64,000 nt of DNA, taken from positions 25,792,001-25,856,000 of the forward strand of contig OZ024764.1 of NCBI GenBank assembly GCA_964016885.1, read 5' to 3'. Below are positions 38,328 through 52,800 of the stretch, one piece after another (within the stretch, counting starts at the first letter, position 1; each line of letters starts with the position of its first letter). The notes below the pieces were generated by a model that had not been told where the DNA came from, made no database searches, and saw only the letters and a program-made list of their open reading frames with translations. The translations under genes were made by a program, and so were the position numbers. This stretch comes from Eledone cirrhosa. Taxonomy: Eukaryota.

Positions 38328-38757
38328 TGTGGTATATGCATAATAATGATAAAAATGCAAAGGATTGACGTAGATAATCATAACCCGTGATACGTATTTC
38401 TGTGGCATTAATAATAACGCTGTCATTGCGTTATTACCAACACAACTTCTTCAGACAGCATCTTAAGTTATTAGGTTGTTGGGTAATATTTCTTACGCAA
38501 CGCAGGCTGTTAATTAGGGGACAGACTTGTGGCCGCAACATCAAAGACATTTCTTTGTTTTAAAATGTAACTTCTTTTTTTTTTAATGTTTTTCTTTCTT
38601 TTTTCCCCGCTGCGCCCCCTGGTGTCTCCAGAGCCAAAGTGTGGCCACACTATATTCTTGAAGACTAACTGTTATCCTGCCTGTCCCATGGGGCACATTA
38701 TCGTCAGTGGCTTAAAGGGCTGCAACCCTAGTTGGCACTGTTGTACCAAATGATAGT

Positions 38758-38978
38758 ACAACAAAAACAACAGTAACAACAACCACAGGAACAACGGTAA
38801 CAACAACAACAACAATAACAGTAACAACAACCACAGCAACAACAATAACAACAACCACATCAACAACAATAACAACAACCACAGCAACAACAATAGCAGT
38901 AACAACAACAGCAAGAACAACAACTACACCCACAACAACAAAAACAACAACAGTAACAACAACAACAATAACAACAAA
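38758..38978. repeat. (AAC)n degenerate microsatellite
   Basis: AAC/AAT/CAG triplets. Confidence 0.9.
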
Positions 38979-38994
38979 GGTAAATAAATTATAT

Positions 38995-39878
38995 ATATTT
39001 GTGTAAACAGCTCTTCTCCATCTGAACACACTGCTCCATGCTAATTAGATTTCTTCTATCTTCAGATCCCCTTAAGTACAGTCTATCAACATCACCCTTC
39101 TTATGAAACATACTGTAGGTGATCATTAATTTCCTTGTCTTTCTATCCAGTTCTTTTGGTTCGTTTACATTCCATTTAAGATTTCCCGCACTGTACCTAA
39201 TAATAGACACAGCTTGGGAATTTACTGCACTTATGGCATTTCTATTGTTTAGATGTGATTTTAGTATCTTCCTTACTCTTCTCATGTATTCAGATCTTAT
39301 CAATTCCTTCATCTTATTGTCCTTGATGTTATCTGCCTCCAAAATAACCGTATATCCGTATCCCTCCTCTGTGTGGATCTCCTTTATCATCTCACCTGTT
39401 GGTACCTGGATTCTGTTGCTTCTGTTCAGTTTACCCCTCTTCATCCCTAGGACTCCACACTTATAACCACTAAATTCCATACATATATCATTGCTGAAAA
39501 TATGGACAGTGTTAACAAGTACATCCAACTCCTTCTTGCTTTTCCTAAAGAGTTTTAGATCGTCCATGAAGAGGAGGTGATTGATGGTAAGCTCTCCTCT
39601 TCCCAGCTTGTATCCTGCTCTTAGTTTTCCCAATATGAGGGACAAGGGTATGAGGGTAAGGACAAACAACAAAGGGGAAAAACTATCTCCTTGGAAGATA
39701 CCTCTCTTGATCTTCACTCCTCCCAAGAATTCTCCACCTGATGTTAATTCTGTTTCCCAAGTCTTCATACTTTTACTTAATAGCTGTCTGATGATGTCCA
39801 CCACCTTGAAGATCTCTAGGCTTTTGGTTATCCAAGAATGAGGACCCATGTCGAATGCCTTCTTGTAGTGTATCCATC
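38995..39878 (-). mobile_element. R4/Dong-like RT fragment
   Basis: YKKAFD, GIFQGDSFSPLLF, INHLLFMDDLKL, KGDVDRLYL. Confidence 0.85.
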
Positions 39879-40412
39879 ACCTGGCAATTCCTTATTACCA
39901 CCTTGTCAATAACTAGTCTTTTGTATTCTCAGTATTATTAAATATTTTTATTCTTTTTGTCCTCCCTCCTCTCGTACCCTCCTCTTCTGACAGGTGATGT
40001 CTCAACCACATCCATACACTCTTTACAACTTGCTGCCACTGGTCGAGGATGGAGACAAGCCACGCCATCACTTACAGTCAAGCACCACACCGCAGACTCA
40101 CAGATGTCATCCTTGTAACTAATATAATCCCCTACACACACACACATATGTATATATATACATACCTACATGTGTATATATATGTGTATATATGTGTATA
40201 TATATGTGGTGTTAATGAAATAATTATATTTTGTTGTTTATTGTGTAATTAAATAAATATATATATATAGTCATACACACATACATACATATTTACACCT
40301 TCAAGTATATATATATATATTTATAAAACCATATTTATTCACTATCCAGTGAATTTCCAACCGATAAGGTATGATTTTCATGGTTATGTCTCTATTTATA
40401 ATACAAACTTTG

Positions 40413-40477
40413 TATTTTATCTGATGAAAGCGTACCAATGTTGTCTTGGTTGCCCTTGAAATATATATAATAAAATA
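40413..40477 (+). ncRNA. Hammerhead motif in solo family C pLTR (40320-40495)
   Basis: tattttat-CTGATGA-aagcgtaccaa..ttggttgccctt-GAAA-tatata-TA-ataaaata; short inverted terminal copy at ~40320-40340. Confidence 0.75.
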
Positions 40478-40501
40478 AATATGGTTTTATATATATTTAT
40501 A

Positions 40502-43350
40502 TCATGATGATGATGATTATCATCATCATTTTACGTCCGCTTTTCCCTGCTTGCAAGGGTGGGACGGGTCTTATTCAGCACAGCATCTCTCCACTTGTCA
40601 CGGTCCTTCGTCATCTCCACTGTGAGCTTCAATGATCTGAGGTCTGTTCTCACCACCTCCGCCCATGTTTTTTGTGGTCTACCTCTACCACGTCTTCCTT
40701 CAGCTGGCATTTCCTGGCACTTCTTCACCCATCAGTCATCCTCCATGCGCATCACATGTCCATACCACCTTAGACTCCTCTCCCGTACACTACATTCTAT
40801 CCCTCTCAGACACAGTTTCTCTCTCAACACATTTATGCTTGGTCGTTCACGCACATAGACATTGCACATCCAACGGAGCATGCTTGCCTCATTTCTCTCC
40901 AGACGTCGCATATCCTCTGTAGTTGCTGCCCATGTCTCACTACCATGGAACATTGCGCTCTTCACACAGGCATCATATAACCCACCTTTCGTACGCAGGG
41001 AGAAACCCTTTTTCGTCAGCAGAGGAAGCAGCTCCCTAAACTTCTTCCAACCCATCCTTATTCTAGATACTATGGCCTCGGAACACCCTCCTCCCATGCT
41101 AATCTGATCTCCTAGGTACCACAAGCTATCCACCACTTCTATAGTACCCGCCTGCATTTGAAAAATGTGACTATCAATGCGACTTCTACTGTCTAATTTC
41201 CCTGTACATCTACTGCATACATATTTCTCCCTACCTGTTAGTTTGCCTGCTATCCCGCTACATCTCTTGAGTACCCAGGATCTGCATTGTGTGCATTTTA
41301 TAGAATTTATGCCAGTTCCTTTTCTGCATATTGAACATGGCCATTTCCCTGACAGAATCAGAGTTTTGTCCTCTTTTCTACTCATTAACACTTTTGTCTT
41401 AGCTAGGTTCACTCTCAGTCCTCTTGCTTCCAACTGCTGTTTCCATAGCCAGAATTTATTCTCTAGCTCCTCTACTGATTCTGCTATAAGAACCAGATCG
41501 TCAGCATAGAGAAGTTCCCATGGACAGCCAGTCTTAAACTCCTCTGTTATGGCTTGGAGGACTATAATGAACAAGAGCGGGCTGAGGAATTAACCTTGAT
41601 GTACTCCTACTTGTATCTGGAATTCCTCACTAAACTCCATTCCTACCCTGACTTTACTGAGAGTACCTCTGTACAAAGTTTGCACTGTCCTCACAATCCA
41701 TTCCTCAACACCTAGTTTCATTAGCGACCACCAGATGACAGATCGGGGTACCCTATAAAAGGCCTTCTCTAGGTCAACAAAGGCTAAGTATAGTGGCTTA
41801 TTTTTCTCTAAGACCCTCTCTTGCAATTGTCTCACCAAGAAGAGGGCATCTCTTGTACTCTTCCCAGGCACAAAATCAAACTGCACCTCATCTAGTTTGA
41901 CCCTTTTTCTAATTAGTTGTGCTAATATCCTTTCTGCCACTTTCAAAACCTGATCCATCAGTTTTATACCCCTATAATTGCTCCTCTCCAGAGCATCCCC
42001 TTTACCTTTGTAGCAATTTATGAGAATACTGCTGCACCAGTCTTTGGGTATGACACCACCATATATAGCCTGATTGATGATGTGTGCAACCAGCTTAGTG
42101 CCTACGTCCCCTGATGCCTTCAGCATCTCAGCAACTATTCCTGATGGTCCAGCAGCCTTACCATATTTCATTTCCTTAATCGCCTCTTGGACCCTATATT
42201 CGTCAATCTCAATAGCTGGTCCTTCTGTCGGATCTACTGAGGGTAATTTCTCTCTCTCCCATTCATTCTCCACATTCATCAGTCTCATTTCCAGGCCTCC
42301 TTTTTCTGATCATTCGTGACACTAAGTACACCGGCTTCATTCCGGACACATTTATCTCCAACAACATCCTGATTTGCATTGACACACTGCCTTGCAATGT
42401 GGAACACCGCACGCCTCTGATCTTCCCGTCGCAGAACATTGGCAAACCTCCTACTCTCCGCCTCCCTGCGTGCTAAGTACACCTGACGTCTAGCTTCTCT
42501 CTTAGCGGCTGTATATTCTTCCCTGCTCCCACCCTTTTTCCAAGCCTGCCATGCTAGTCTTTTGTCTCTAATGGCCTTATCTACTGTGCTGTTAGACCAC
42601 CAGGTCACTCTCTGTCTGGTTGGAGCTCTGCTCCAGCCACAAGATTCATCAGTAGCCTGCAGCAAGTTGTCACGTAAGAAATTCCAGTTATTATCTATGT
42701 CATACGTCTCTAAATCGTCTTCTTTTTCGTCATATACATCTTGAAGGGCTTTCCTAAATTTGTATTTTAGTGAAAGGTCTTTTAGCTTCCAGACCTTTCT
42801 TCTCCACACCTTCCTGTATGTCTCATTCCATCTCTTGCTTACTGAGATATCACTAACGACTAACCTATGCTGTGGGGTACATTCTTCCCGAGGGTATGCC
42901 TTGGTATTAGACACTATCTGCCTGTCCCGCTGCCTAACTAGCAGGAAGTCAATCTGGCTTATGTGCTCACCAGATTTGTAGGTTATTAGGTGATTGGCAG
43001 GTGTCTGGAAGTTAGTGTTGCAAATAGTCAATGTACCCGCATCACAAAATTCACGAAGTCTCACTCCTTCTTCATTTCTTGAACCGTAACCGTGCCCACC
43101 ATGTACCCCAGTGTAACCATCCTGGAGCTGTCCAACATGACCAACCGTGCCCACCATGTACCCCAGTGTAACCATCCTGGAGCTGTCCAACATGACCATT
43201 GAAGTCCCCTGTTAGCATAACGATGTCTCCGTACTCTGTCATTGCGGCTGTTTGTAAAAGTTGCTCGTAAAAGCAGTCTTTCTCTTCCTTGCCTAGGCCT
43301 GCTTGGGGAGCATAGGCAGAGATGATTGTCAGTAGTCTCTTGCCTACAAC
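40502..43350 (-). mobile_element. RTE-X-like LINE (APE + RT), 5'-truncated, (GAT)n tail
   Basis: SAYAPQ, GDFNGHVG, QIDFLL..PQHRLV, KAAGPSGI, NYRGIKL, FVDLEKAF, GVHQG, LLYADD, HGSETW; frameshifts; 55-bp tandem duplication ~43089-43198. Confidence 0.9.
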
Positions 43351-43399
43351 TATATATATTTATATACACACATATCTATATGTATACACACACATGTAG

Positions 43400-43435
<36 letters not shown>

Positions 43436-43484
43436 TTGCGAATAAATAAAAGCAAATAACTTCAACAAACTTCCTCCTCCTGTA

Positions 43485-43523
43485 TTATTGTTGTTGTTGT
43501 AGTTGTTGTTGTAGTTGTTGTAG

Positions 43524-43556
<33 letters not shown>

Positions 43557-43777
43557 TGTTGTAGTTGTTGTTGTAGTTATTGTTGTTGTTGTTGTTGTAA
43601 AAGTTGTTGTTGTTGTTGTTGTAAAAGTTGTTGTTGTTGTTGTTGTTGTTGTAGTTCTTGTTATAGTTATTGTTGTTGTTGTTGTTGTAAAAGTTGTTGT
43701 TGTTGTTGTTGTTGTTGTTGTAGTAGTAGTTGTTGTTGTAGTTCTTGTTGTAGTTATTGTTGTTGATGTTATTGTTA
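43485..43777. repeat. (TTG)n microsatellite
   Basis: TTG/TAG triplets. Confidence 0.95.
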
Positions 43778-43779
43778 AT

Positions 43780-43880
43780 AAAATGTTACGGCCCTTTAAG
43801 TTCAGAGTTCAAATACCGCTGGAATTAGCTTTGCCTTTCATCCTTACGGGGTTGATAATATACAGTACCAGTAACACACT
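43780..43880 (+). mobile_element. SINE S1-related fragment leading into the satellite
   Basis: gagttcaaatacc (B-box)...ctttgcctttcatccttacggggttgataatatacagtaccagt. Confidence 0.8.
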
Positions 43881-46800
43881 GAGGTCTATTTAATACAGTA
43901 CAAGTAATACACTGGTGTCTATTTAATACAGTACCAGTAACACACTGAGGTCTATTTAATAGAGTACCAGTAACACACAGGGGTCTATTTAATACAGTAC
44001 CAGTAACACACTGAGGTCTATTTAATACAGTACAAGTAACACACTGGTGTCTATTTAATACAGTACCAGTAACACACAGGGGTCTATTTAATACAGTACC
44101 AGTAACACACTGGTGTCTATTTAATACAGTACCAGTAACACACAGGGGTCTATTTAATACAGTACCAGTAACACACTGAGGTCTATTTAATACAGTACCA
44201 GTAACACACAGGGGTCTATTTAATACAGTACCAGTAACACACTGAGGTCTATTTAATACAGTACAAGTAACACACTGGTGTCTATTTAATACAGTACCAG
44301 TAACACACTGGGGTCTATTTAATACAGTACCAGTAACACACAGGGGTTTATTTAATACAGTACCAGTAACACACTGAGGTCTAGTTAATACAGTACCAGT
44401 AACACACTGGTGTCTATTTAATACAGTACCAGTAACACACTGGTGTCTATTTCATACAGTACCAGTAACACACAGGGGTCTATTTAATACAGTACCAGTA
44501 ACACACAGGGGTCTATTTAATACAGTACCAGTAACACACTGGTGTCTATTTAATACAGTACCAGTAACACACTGGGGTCTATTTAATACAGTACCAGTAA
44601 CATACAGGGGTCTATTTAATACAGTACCAGTAACACACTGAGGTCTATTTAATACAGTACCAGTAACACACTGGTGTCTATTTAATACAGTACCAGTAAC
44701 ACAATGGTGTCTATTTAATACAGTACCAGTACCACACTGGGGTCTATTTAATACAGTACCAGTACCACACTGAGGTCTATTTAATACAGTACCAGTAACA
44801 CACTGGGGTCTATTTAATACAGTACCAGTAACGCACTGGTGTCTATTTAATACAGTACCAGTAACACACTGGTGTCTATTTAATACAGTACCAGTACCAC
44901 ACTGAGGTCTATTTAATACAGTACCAGTAACACACTGGGGTCTATTTAATACAGTACAAGTAACACACTGGTGTCTATTTAATACAGTACCAGTAACACA
45001 CTGGTGTCTATTTCATACAGTACCAGTATCACACAGGGGTCTATTTAATACAGTACCAGTAACACACAGGGGTCTATTTAATACAGTACCAGTAACACAC
45101 TGGTGTCTATTTAATACAGTACCAGTAACACACTGGTGTCTATTTAATACAGTACCAGTAACACACAGGGGTCTATTTAATACAGTACCAGTAACACACT
45201 GGTGTCTATTTAATACAGTACCAGTAACACACTGAGGTCTATTTAATACAGTACCAGTAACACACTGGTGTCTATTTCATACAGTACCAGTATCACACAG
45301 GGGTCTATTTAATACAGTACCAGTAACACACAGGGGTCTATTTAATACAGTACCAGTAACACACTGGTGTCTATTTAATACAGTACCAGTAACACACTGG
45401 TGTCTATTTAATACAGTACCAGTAACACACTGGTGTCTATTTCATACAGTACCAGTAACACACTGGGGTCTATTTAATACAGTACCAGTACCACACTGGG
45501 GTCTATTTAATACAGTACCAGTAACACACTGGCGTCTATTTAATACAGTACCAGCACCAGTAACACACTGGGGTCTATTTAATACAGTACCAGTAACACA
45601 CTGGGGTCTATTTAATACAGTACCAGTAACACACTGGGGTCTATTTAATACAGTACCAGTACCAGTAACACGCTGAGGTCTATTTAATACAGTACCAGTA
45701 CCAGTAACACACTGGTGTCTATTTAATACAGTACCAGTAACACACTGGGGTCTATTTAATACAGTACCAGTAACACACTGGGGTCTATTTAATACAGTAC
45801 CAGTACCAGTAACACACTGGGGTCTATTTAATACAGTACAAGTAACACACTGGTGTCTATTTAATACAGTACCAGTAACACACTGGGGTCTATTTAATAC
45901 AGTACCAGTAACACACTGGTGTCTATTTAATACAGTACCAGTAACACACTGGGGTCTATTTAATACAGTACCAGTACCAGTAACACGCTGAGGTCTATTT
46001 AATACAGTACCAGTACCAGTAACACACTGGTGTCTATTTAATACAGTACCAGTAACACACTGGGGTCTATTTAATACAGTACCACTACCACACTGGTGTC
46101 TATTTAATACAGTACCAGTACCAGTAACACACTGGGGTCTATTTAATACAGTACAAGTAACACACTGGTGTCTATTTAATACAGTACCAGTAACACACTG
46201 GGGTCTATTTAATACAGTACCAGTAACACACTGGTGTCTATTTAATACAGTACCAGTAACACACAGGGGTCTATTTAATACAGTACCAGTAACACACAGG
46301 GGTTTATTTAATACAGTACCAGTAACACACTGAGGTCTATTTAATACAGTACCAGTAACACACTGGTGTCTATTTAATACAGTACCAGTAACACACAGGG
46401 GTCTATTTAATACAGTACCAGTAACACACAGGGGTTTATTTAATACAGTACCAGTAACACACTGAGGTCTATTTAATACAGTACCAGTAACGCACTGGTG
46501 TCTATTTAATACAGTACAAGTAACACACTGGGGTCTATTTAATACAGTACCAGTAACACACTGAGGTCTATTTAATACAGTACCAGTAACACACAGGGGT
46601 TTATTTAATACAGTACCAGTAACACACTGAGGTCTATTTAATACAGTACCAGTAACACACTGGTGTCTATTTAATACAGTACCAGTAACACACTGGGGTC
46701 TATTTAATACAGTACCAGTAACACACTGGTGTCTATTTAATACAGTACCAGTAACACACAGGGGTCTATTTAATACAGTACCAGTAACACACAGGGGTTT

Positions 46801-49800
46801 ATTTAATACAGTACCAGTAACACACTGAGGTCTATTTAATACAGTACCAGTAACACACTGGTGTCTATTTAATACAGTACCAGTAACATACAGGGGTCTA
46901 TTTAATACAGTACCAGTAACACACTGAGGTCTATTTAATACAGTACCAGTAACACACTGGTGTCTATTTCATACAGTACCAGTAACACACAGGGGTCTAT
47001 TTAATACAGTACCAGTAACACACTGGTGTCTATTTAATACAGTACCAGTAACACACAGGGGTCTATTTAATACAGTACCAGTACCACACTGGGGTCTATT
47101 TAATACAGTACCAGTAACACACTGGGGTCTATTTAATACAGTACCAGTAACATACAGGGGTCTATTTAATACAGTACCAGTAACACACTGAGGTCTATTT
47201 AATACAGTACCAGTAACACACAGGGGTCTATTTAATACAGTACCAGTAACACACAGGGGTCTATTTAATACAGTACCAGTAACACACTGGTGTCTATTTA
47301 ATACAGTACCAGTAACACACTGGGGTCTATTTAATACAGTACCAGTAACATACAGGGGTCTATTTAATACAGTACCAGTAACACACTGAGGTCTATTTAA
47401 TACAGTACCAGTAACACACTGGTGTCTATTTAATACAGTACCAGTACCACACTGAGGTCTATTTAATACAGTACCAGTAACACACTGGGGTCTATTTAAT
47501 ACAGTACCAGTAACGCACTGGTGTCTATTTAATACAGTACCAGTAACACACTGGTGTCTATTTAATACAGTACCAGTACCACACTGAGGTCTATTTAATA
47601 CAGTACCAGTAACACACTGGGGTCTATTTAATACAGTACCAGTAACACACTGAGGTCTATTTAATACAGTACCAGTAACACACTGGTGTCTATTTAATAC
47701 AGTACCAGTAACACACTGGTGTCTATTTAATACAGTACCAGTAACACACTGGTGTCTATTTAATACAGTACCAGTAACACACAGGGGTCTATTTAATACA
47801 GTACCAGTAACACACTGGGGTCTATTTAATACAGTACCAGTAACACACAGGGGTCTATTTAATACAGTACTAGTAACACACTGGTGTCTATTTAATACAG
47901 TACCAGTAACACACTGGGGTCTATTTAATACAGTACCAGTAACACACAGGGGTCTATTTAATACAGTACTAGTAACACACTGGGGTCTATTTAATACAGT
48001 ACCAGTAACACACTGGTGTCTATTTAATACAGTACTAGTAACACACTGGTGTCTATTTAATACAGTACCAGTAACACACTGGTGTCTATTTAATACAGTA
48101 CTAGTAACACACTGGGGTCTATTTAATACAGTACCAGTACCAGTAACACACAGGGGTCTATTTAATACAGTACCAGTAACACACTGGTGTCTATTTAATA
48201 CAGTACCAGTAACACACTGGTGTCTATTTAATACAGTACTAGTAACACACTGGGGTCTATTTAATACAGTACCAGTAACACACTGGGGTCTATTTAATAC
48301 AGTACCAGTAACACACTGGTGTCTATTTAATACAGTACCAGTAACACACTGGTGTCTATTTAATACAGTACTAGTAACACACTGGGGTCTATTTAATACA
48401 GTACCAGTAACACACTGGGGTCTATTTAATACAGTACCAGTAACACACTGGGGTCTATTTAATACAGTACCAGTAACACACTGGGGTCTATTTAATACAG
48501 TACAAGTAACACACTGGTGTCTATTTAATACAGTACCAGTAACACACTGGGGTCTATTTAATACAGTACCAGTAACACACTGGTGTCTATTTCATACAGT
48601 ACCAGTAACACACTGGGGTCTATTTAATACAGTACCAGTAACACACTGAGGTCTATTTAATACAGTACCAGTAACACACTGGTGTCTATTTAATACAGTA
48701 CCAGTAACACACTGGTGTCTATTTAATACAGTACCAGTAACACACTGGTGTCTATTTAATACAGTACCAGTAACGCACTGGGGTCTATTTAATACAGTAC
48801 CAGTAACACACTGAGGTCTATTTAATACAGTACCAGTAACACACTGGTGTCTATTTAATACAGTACCAGTAACACACTGGTGTCTATTTAATACAGTACC
48901 AGTAACACACTGGTGTCTATTTAATACAGTACCAGTAACACACTGGTGTCTATTTAATACAGTACCAGTAACGCACTGGGGTCTATTTAATACAGTACTA
49001 GTAACACACTGGTGTCTATTTAATACAGTACCAGTAACACACTGGTGTCTATTTAATACAGTACCAGTAACACACTGGGGTCTATTTAATACAGTACAAG
49101 TAACACACTGGTGTCTATTTAATACAGTACCAGTAACACACTGGGGTCTATTTAATACAGTACCAGTAACACACTGGTGTCTATTTCATACAGTACCAGT
49201 AACACACTGGGGTCTATTTAATACAGTACAAGTAACACACTGGTGTCTATTTCATACAGTACCAGTAACACACTGGTGTCTATTTAATACAGTACCAGTA
49301 ACACACTGGTGTCTATTTAATACAGTACTAGTAACACACTGGGGTCTATTTAATACAGTACCTGTACCACACTGGCGTCTATTTAATACAGTACCAGTAA
49401 CACACTGGTGTCTATTTAATACAGTACCAGTAACACACTGGAGTCTATTTAATACAGTACCAGCACCAGTAACACACTGGGGTCTATTTAATACAGTACC
49501 AGTAACACACTGGGGTCTATTTAATACAGTACAAGTAACACACTGGTGTCTATTTCATACAGTACCAGTAACACACTGGTGTCTATTTAATACAGTACCA
49601 GTAACACACTGGTGTCTATTTAATACAGTACCAGTAACACACTGGGGTCTATTTAATACAGTACCTGTACCACACTGGCGTCTATTTAATACAGTACCAG
49701 TAACACACTGGTGTCTATTTAATACAGTACTAGTAACACACTGGTGTCTATTTAATACAGTACCAGTAACACACTGGGGTCTATTTAATACAGTACTAGT

Positions 49801-52800
49801 AACACACTGGTGTCTATTTAATACAGTACCAGTAACACACTGGGGTCTATTTAATACAGTACCAGTAACACACTGAGGTCTATTTCATACAGTACAAGTA
49901 ACACACTGGTGTCTATTTAATACAGTACTAGTAACATACAGGGGTCTATTTAATACAGTACAAGTAACACACTGGTGTCTATTTAATACAGTACCAGTAA
50001 CATACAGGGGTCTATTTAATACAGTACCAGTAACACACTGAGGTCTATTTCATACAGTACAAGTAACACACTGGTGTCTATTTAATACAGTACCAGTAAC
50101 ACACTGGGGTCTATTTAATACAGTACAAGTAACACACTGAGGTCTATTTCATACAGTACAAGTAACACACTGGTGTCTATTTAATACAGTACCAGTAACA
50201 CAATGGTGTCTATTTAATACAGTACCAGTACCACACTGGGGTCTATTTAATACAGTACCAGTAACACACTGGTGTCTATTTAATACAGTACCAGTAACAC
50301 ACTGAGGTCTATTTCATACAGTACCAGTAACACACTGAGGTCTATTTCATACAGTACAAGTAACACACTGGGGTCTATTTCATACAGTACCAGTAACACA
50401 CTGGGGTCTATTTAATACAGTACCAGTAACACACTGAGGTCTATTTCATACAGTACAAGTAACACACTGGTGTCTATTTAATACAGTACCAGTAACACAC
50501 TGGGTCTATTTAATACAGTACCAGTAACACACAGGGGTCTATTTAATACAGTACCAGTAACACACAGGGGTCTATATAATACAGTACCAGTACCACACTG
50601 GGGTCTATTTAATACAGTACCAGTAACACACTGGAGTCTATTTAATACAGTACCAGCACCAGTAACACACTGGGGTCTATTTAATACAGTACCAGTAACA
50701 CACTGGGGTCTATTTAATACAGTACCAGTACCAGTAACACGCTGAGGTCTATTTAATACAGTACCAGTACCAGTAACACACTGGTGTCTATTTAATACAG
50801 TACCAGTAACACACTGGGGTCTATTTAATACAGTACCACTACCACGCTGGTGTCAATTTAATACAGTACCAGTACCACACTGGTGTCTATTTAATACAGT
50901 ACCAGTACCAGTAACACACTGGGGTCTATTTAATACAGTACCAGCACCAGTAACACACTGGGGTCTATTTCATACAGTACCAGTACCAGTAACACACTGG
51001 GGTCTATTTAATACAGTACCAGTAACACACTGGTGTCTATTTCATACAGTACCAGTACCAGTACCACACTGGAGTGTATTTAATACAGTACCAGTACCAC
51101 ACTAAGGTCTATTTAATACAGTACCAGTAACACACTGGTGTCTATTTAATACAGTACCAGTACCAGTAACACACAGGGGTCTATTTAATACAGTACCAGT
51201 AACACGCTGGTGTCTATTTAATACAGTACCAGTACCAGTAACACACTTGGGTCTATTTAATACAGTACCAGTACCACACTGGGGTCTATTTAATACAGTA
51301 CCAGTAACATACTGGTGTCTATTTAATACAGTACAGTACCAGTAACACACTGGGGTCTATTTAATACAGTACCAGTACCACACTGGGGTCTATTTAATAC
51401 AGTACCAGTAACATACTGGTGTCTATTTAATACAGTACAGTACCAGTAACACACTGGGGTCTATTTAATACAGTACCAGTAACATACTGGTGTCTATTTA
51501 ATACAGTACAGTACCAGTAAGACACTGGCGTCTATTTAATACAGTACCAGTAACACACTGGGGTCTATTTAATACAGTACCAGTACCAGTAACACACTGG
51601 GGTCTATTTAATACAGTACCAGAAACACACTGGTGTCTATTTAATACAGTACCAGTAACACACTGGGGTCTATTTAATACAGTACCAGTACCAGTAACAC
51701 ACTGGAGTCTATTTAATACAGTACCAGTAACACACTGGGGTTTATTTAATACAGTACCAGTACCACACAGGTGTCTATTTAATACAGTACCAGTACCAGT
51801 AACACACTGGGGTCTATTTAATACAGTACCAGTACCGTACTGGGGTCTATTTAATACAGTACCAGTAACATACTGGGGTCTATTTAATACAGTACCAGTA
51901 CCACACTGGGGTCTATTTAATACAGTACCAGTACCACACTGGAGTCTATTTAATACAGTACCAGTAACACACTGGAGTCTATTTAATACAGTACCAGTAT
52001 CACACTGGAGTCTATTTAATACAGTACCAGTACCAGGACCACACTGGAGTCTATTTAATACAGTACCAGTAACACACAGGTGTCTATTTAATACAGAACC
52101 AGTACCACACTGGAGTCTATTTAATACAGTACCAGTACCAGGACCACACTGGAGTCTATTTAATACAGAACCAGTAACACACTGGGGTCTATTTAATACA
52201 GTACCAGTACCACACTGGGGTCTATTTAATACAGTACCAGTACCAGGACCACACTGGGGTCTATTTAATACAGTACCAGTAACACACTGGGGTCTATTTA
52301 ATACAGTACCAGTAACACACTGGGGTCTATTTAATACAGTACCAGTACCACACTGGGGTCTATTTAATACAGTACCAGTAACACACTGGGGTCTATTTAA
52401 TACAGTACCAGTACCACACTGGGGTCTACTTAATACAGTACCAGTAACACACTGGGGTCTATTTAATACAGTACCAGTAACACACTGGGGTCTATTTAAT
52501 ACAGTACCCGAAACACACTGGGGTCTATTTAATACAGTACCAGTAACACACTGGAGTCTATTTAATACAGTACCAGTAACACACTGGGGTCTATTTAATA
52601 CAGTACCAGTACCACACTGGGGTCTATTTAATACAGTACCAGTAACACACTGGTGTCTATTTAATACAGTACCAGTACCAGTAACACAGGTCTATTTAAT
52701 ACAGTACTAGTACCAGTAACACACTGAGGTCTATTTAATACAGTACCAGTACCAGTAACACGCTGAGGTCTATTTAATACAGTACCAGTAACACACTGGT

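Noticed and set aside
37870-38343. 157-aa repeat protein (MASDPLPILPIHRPT)n
   Set aside because: Antisense translation of a SINE-derived 45-bp array.
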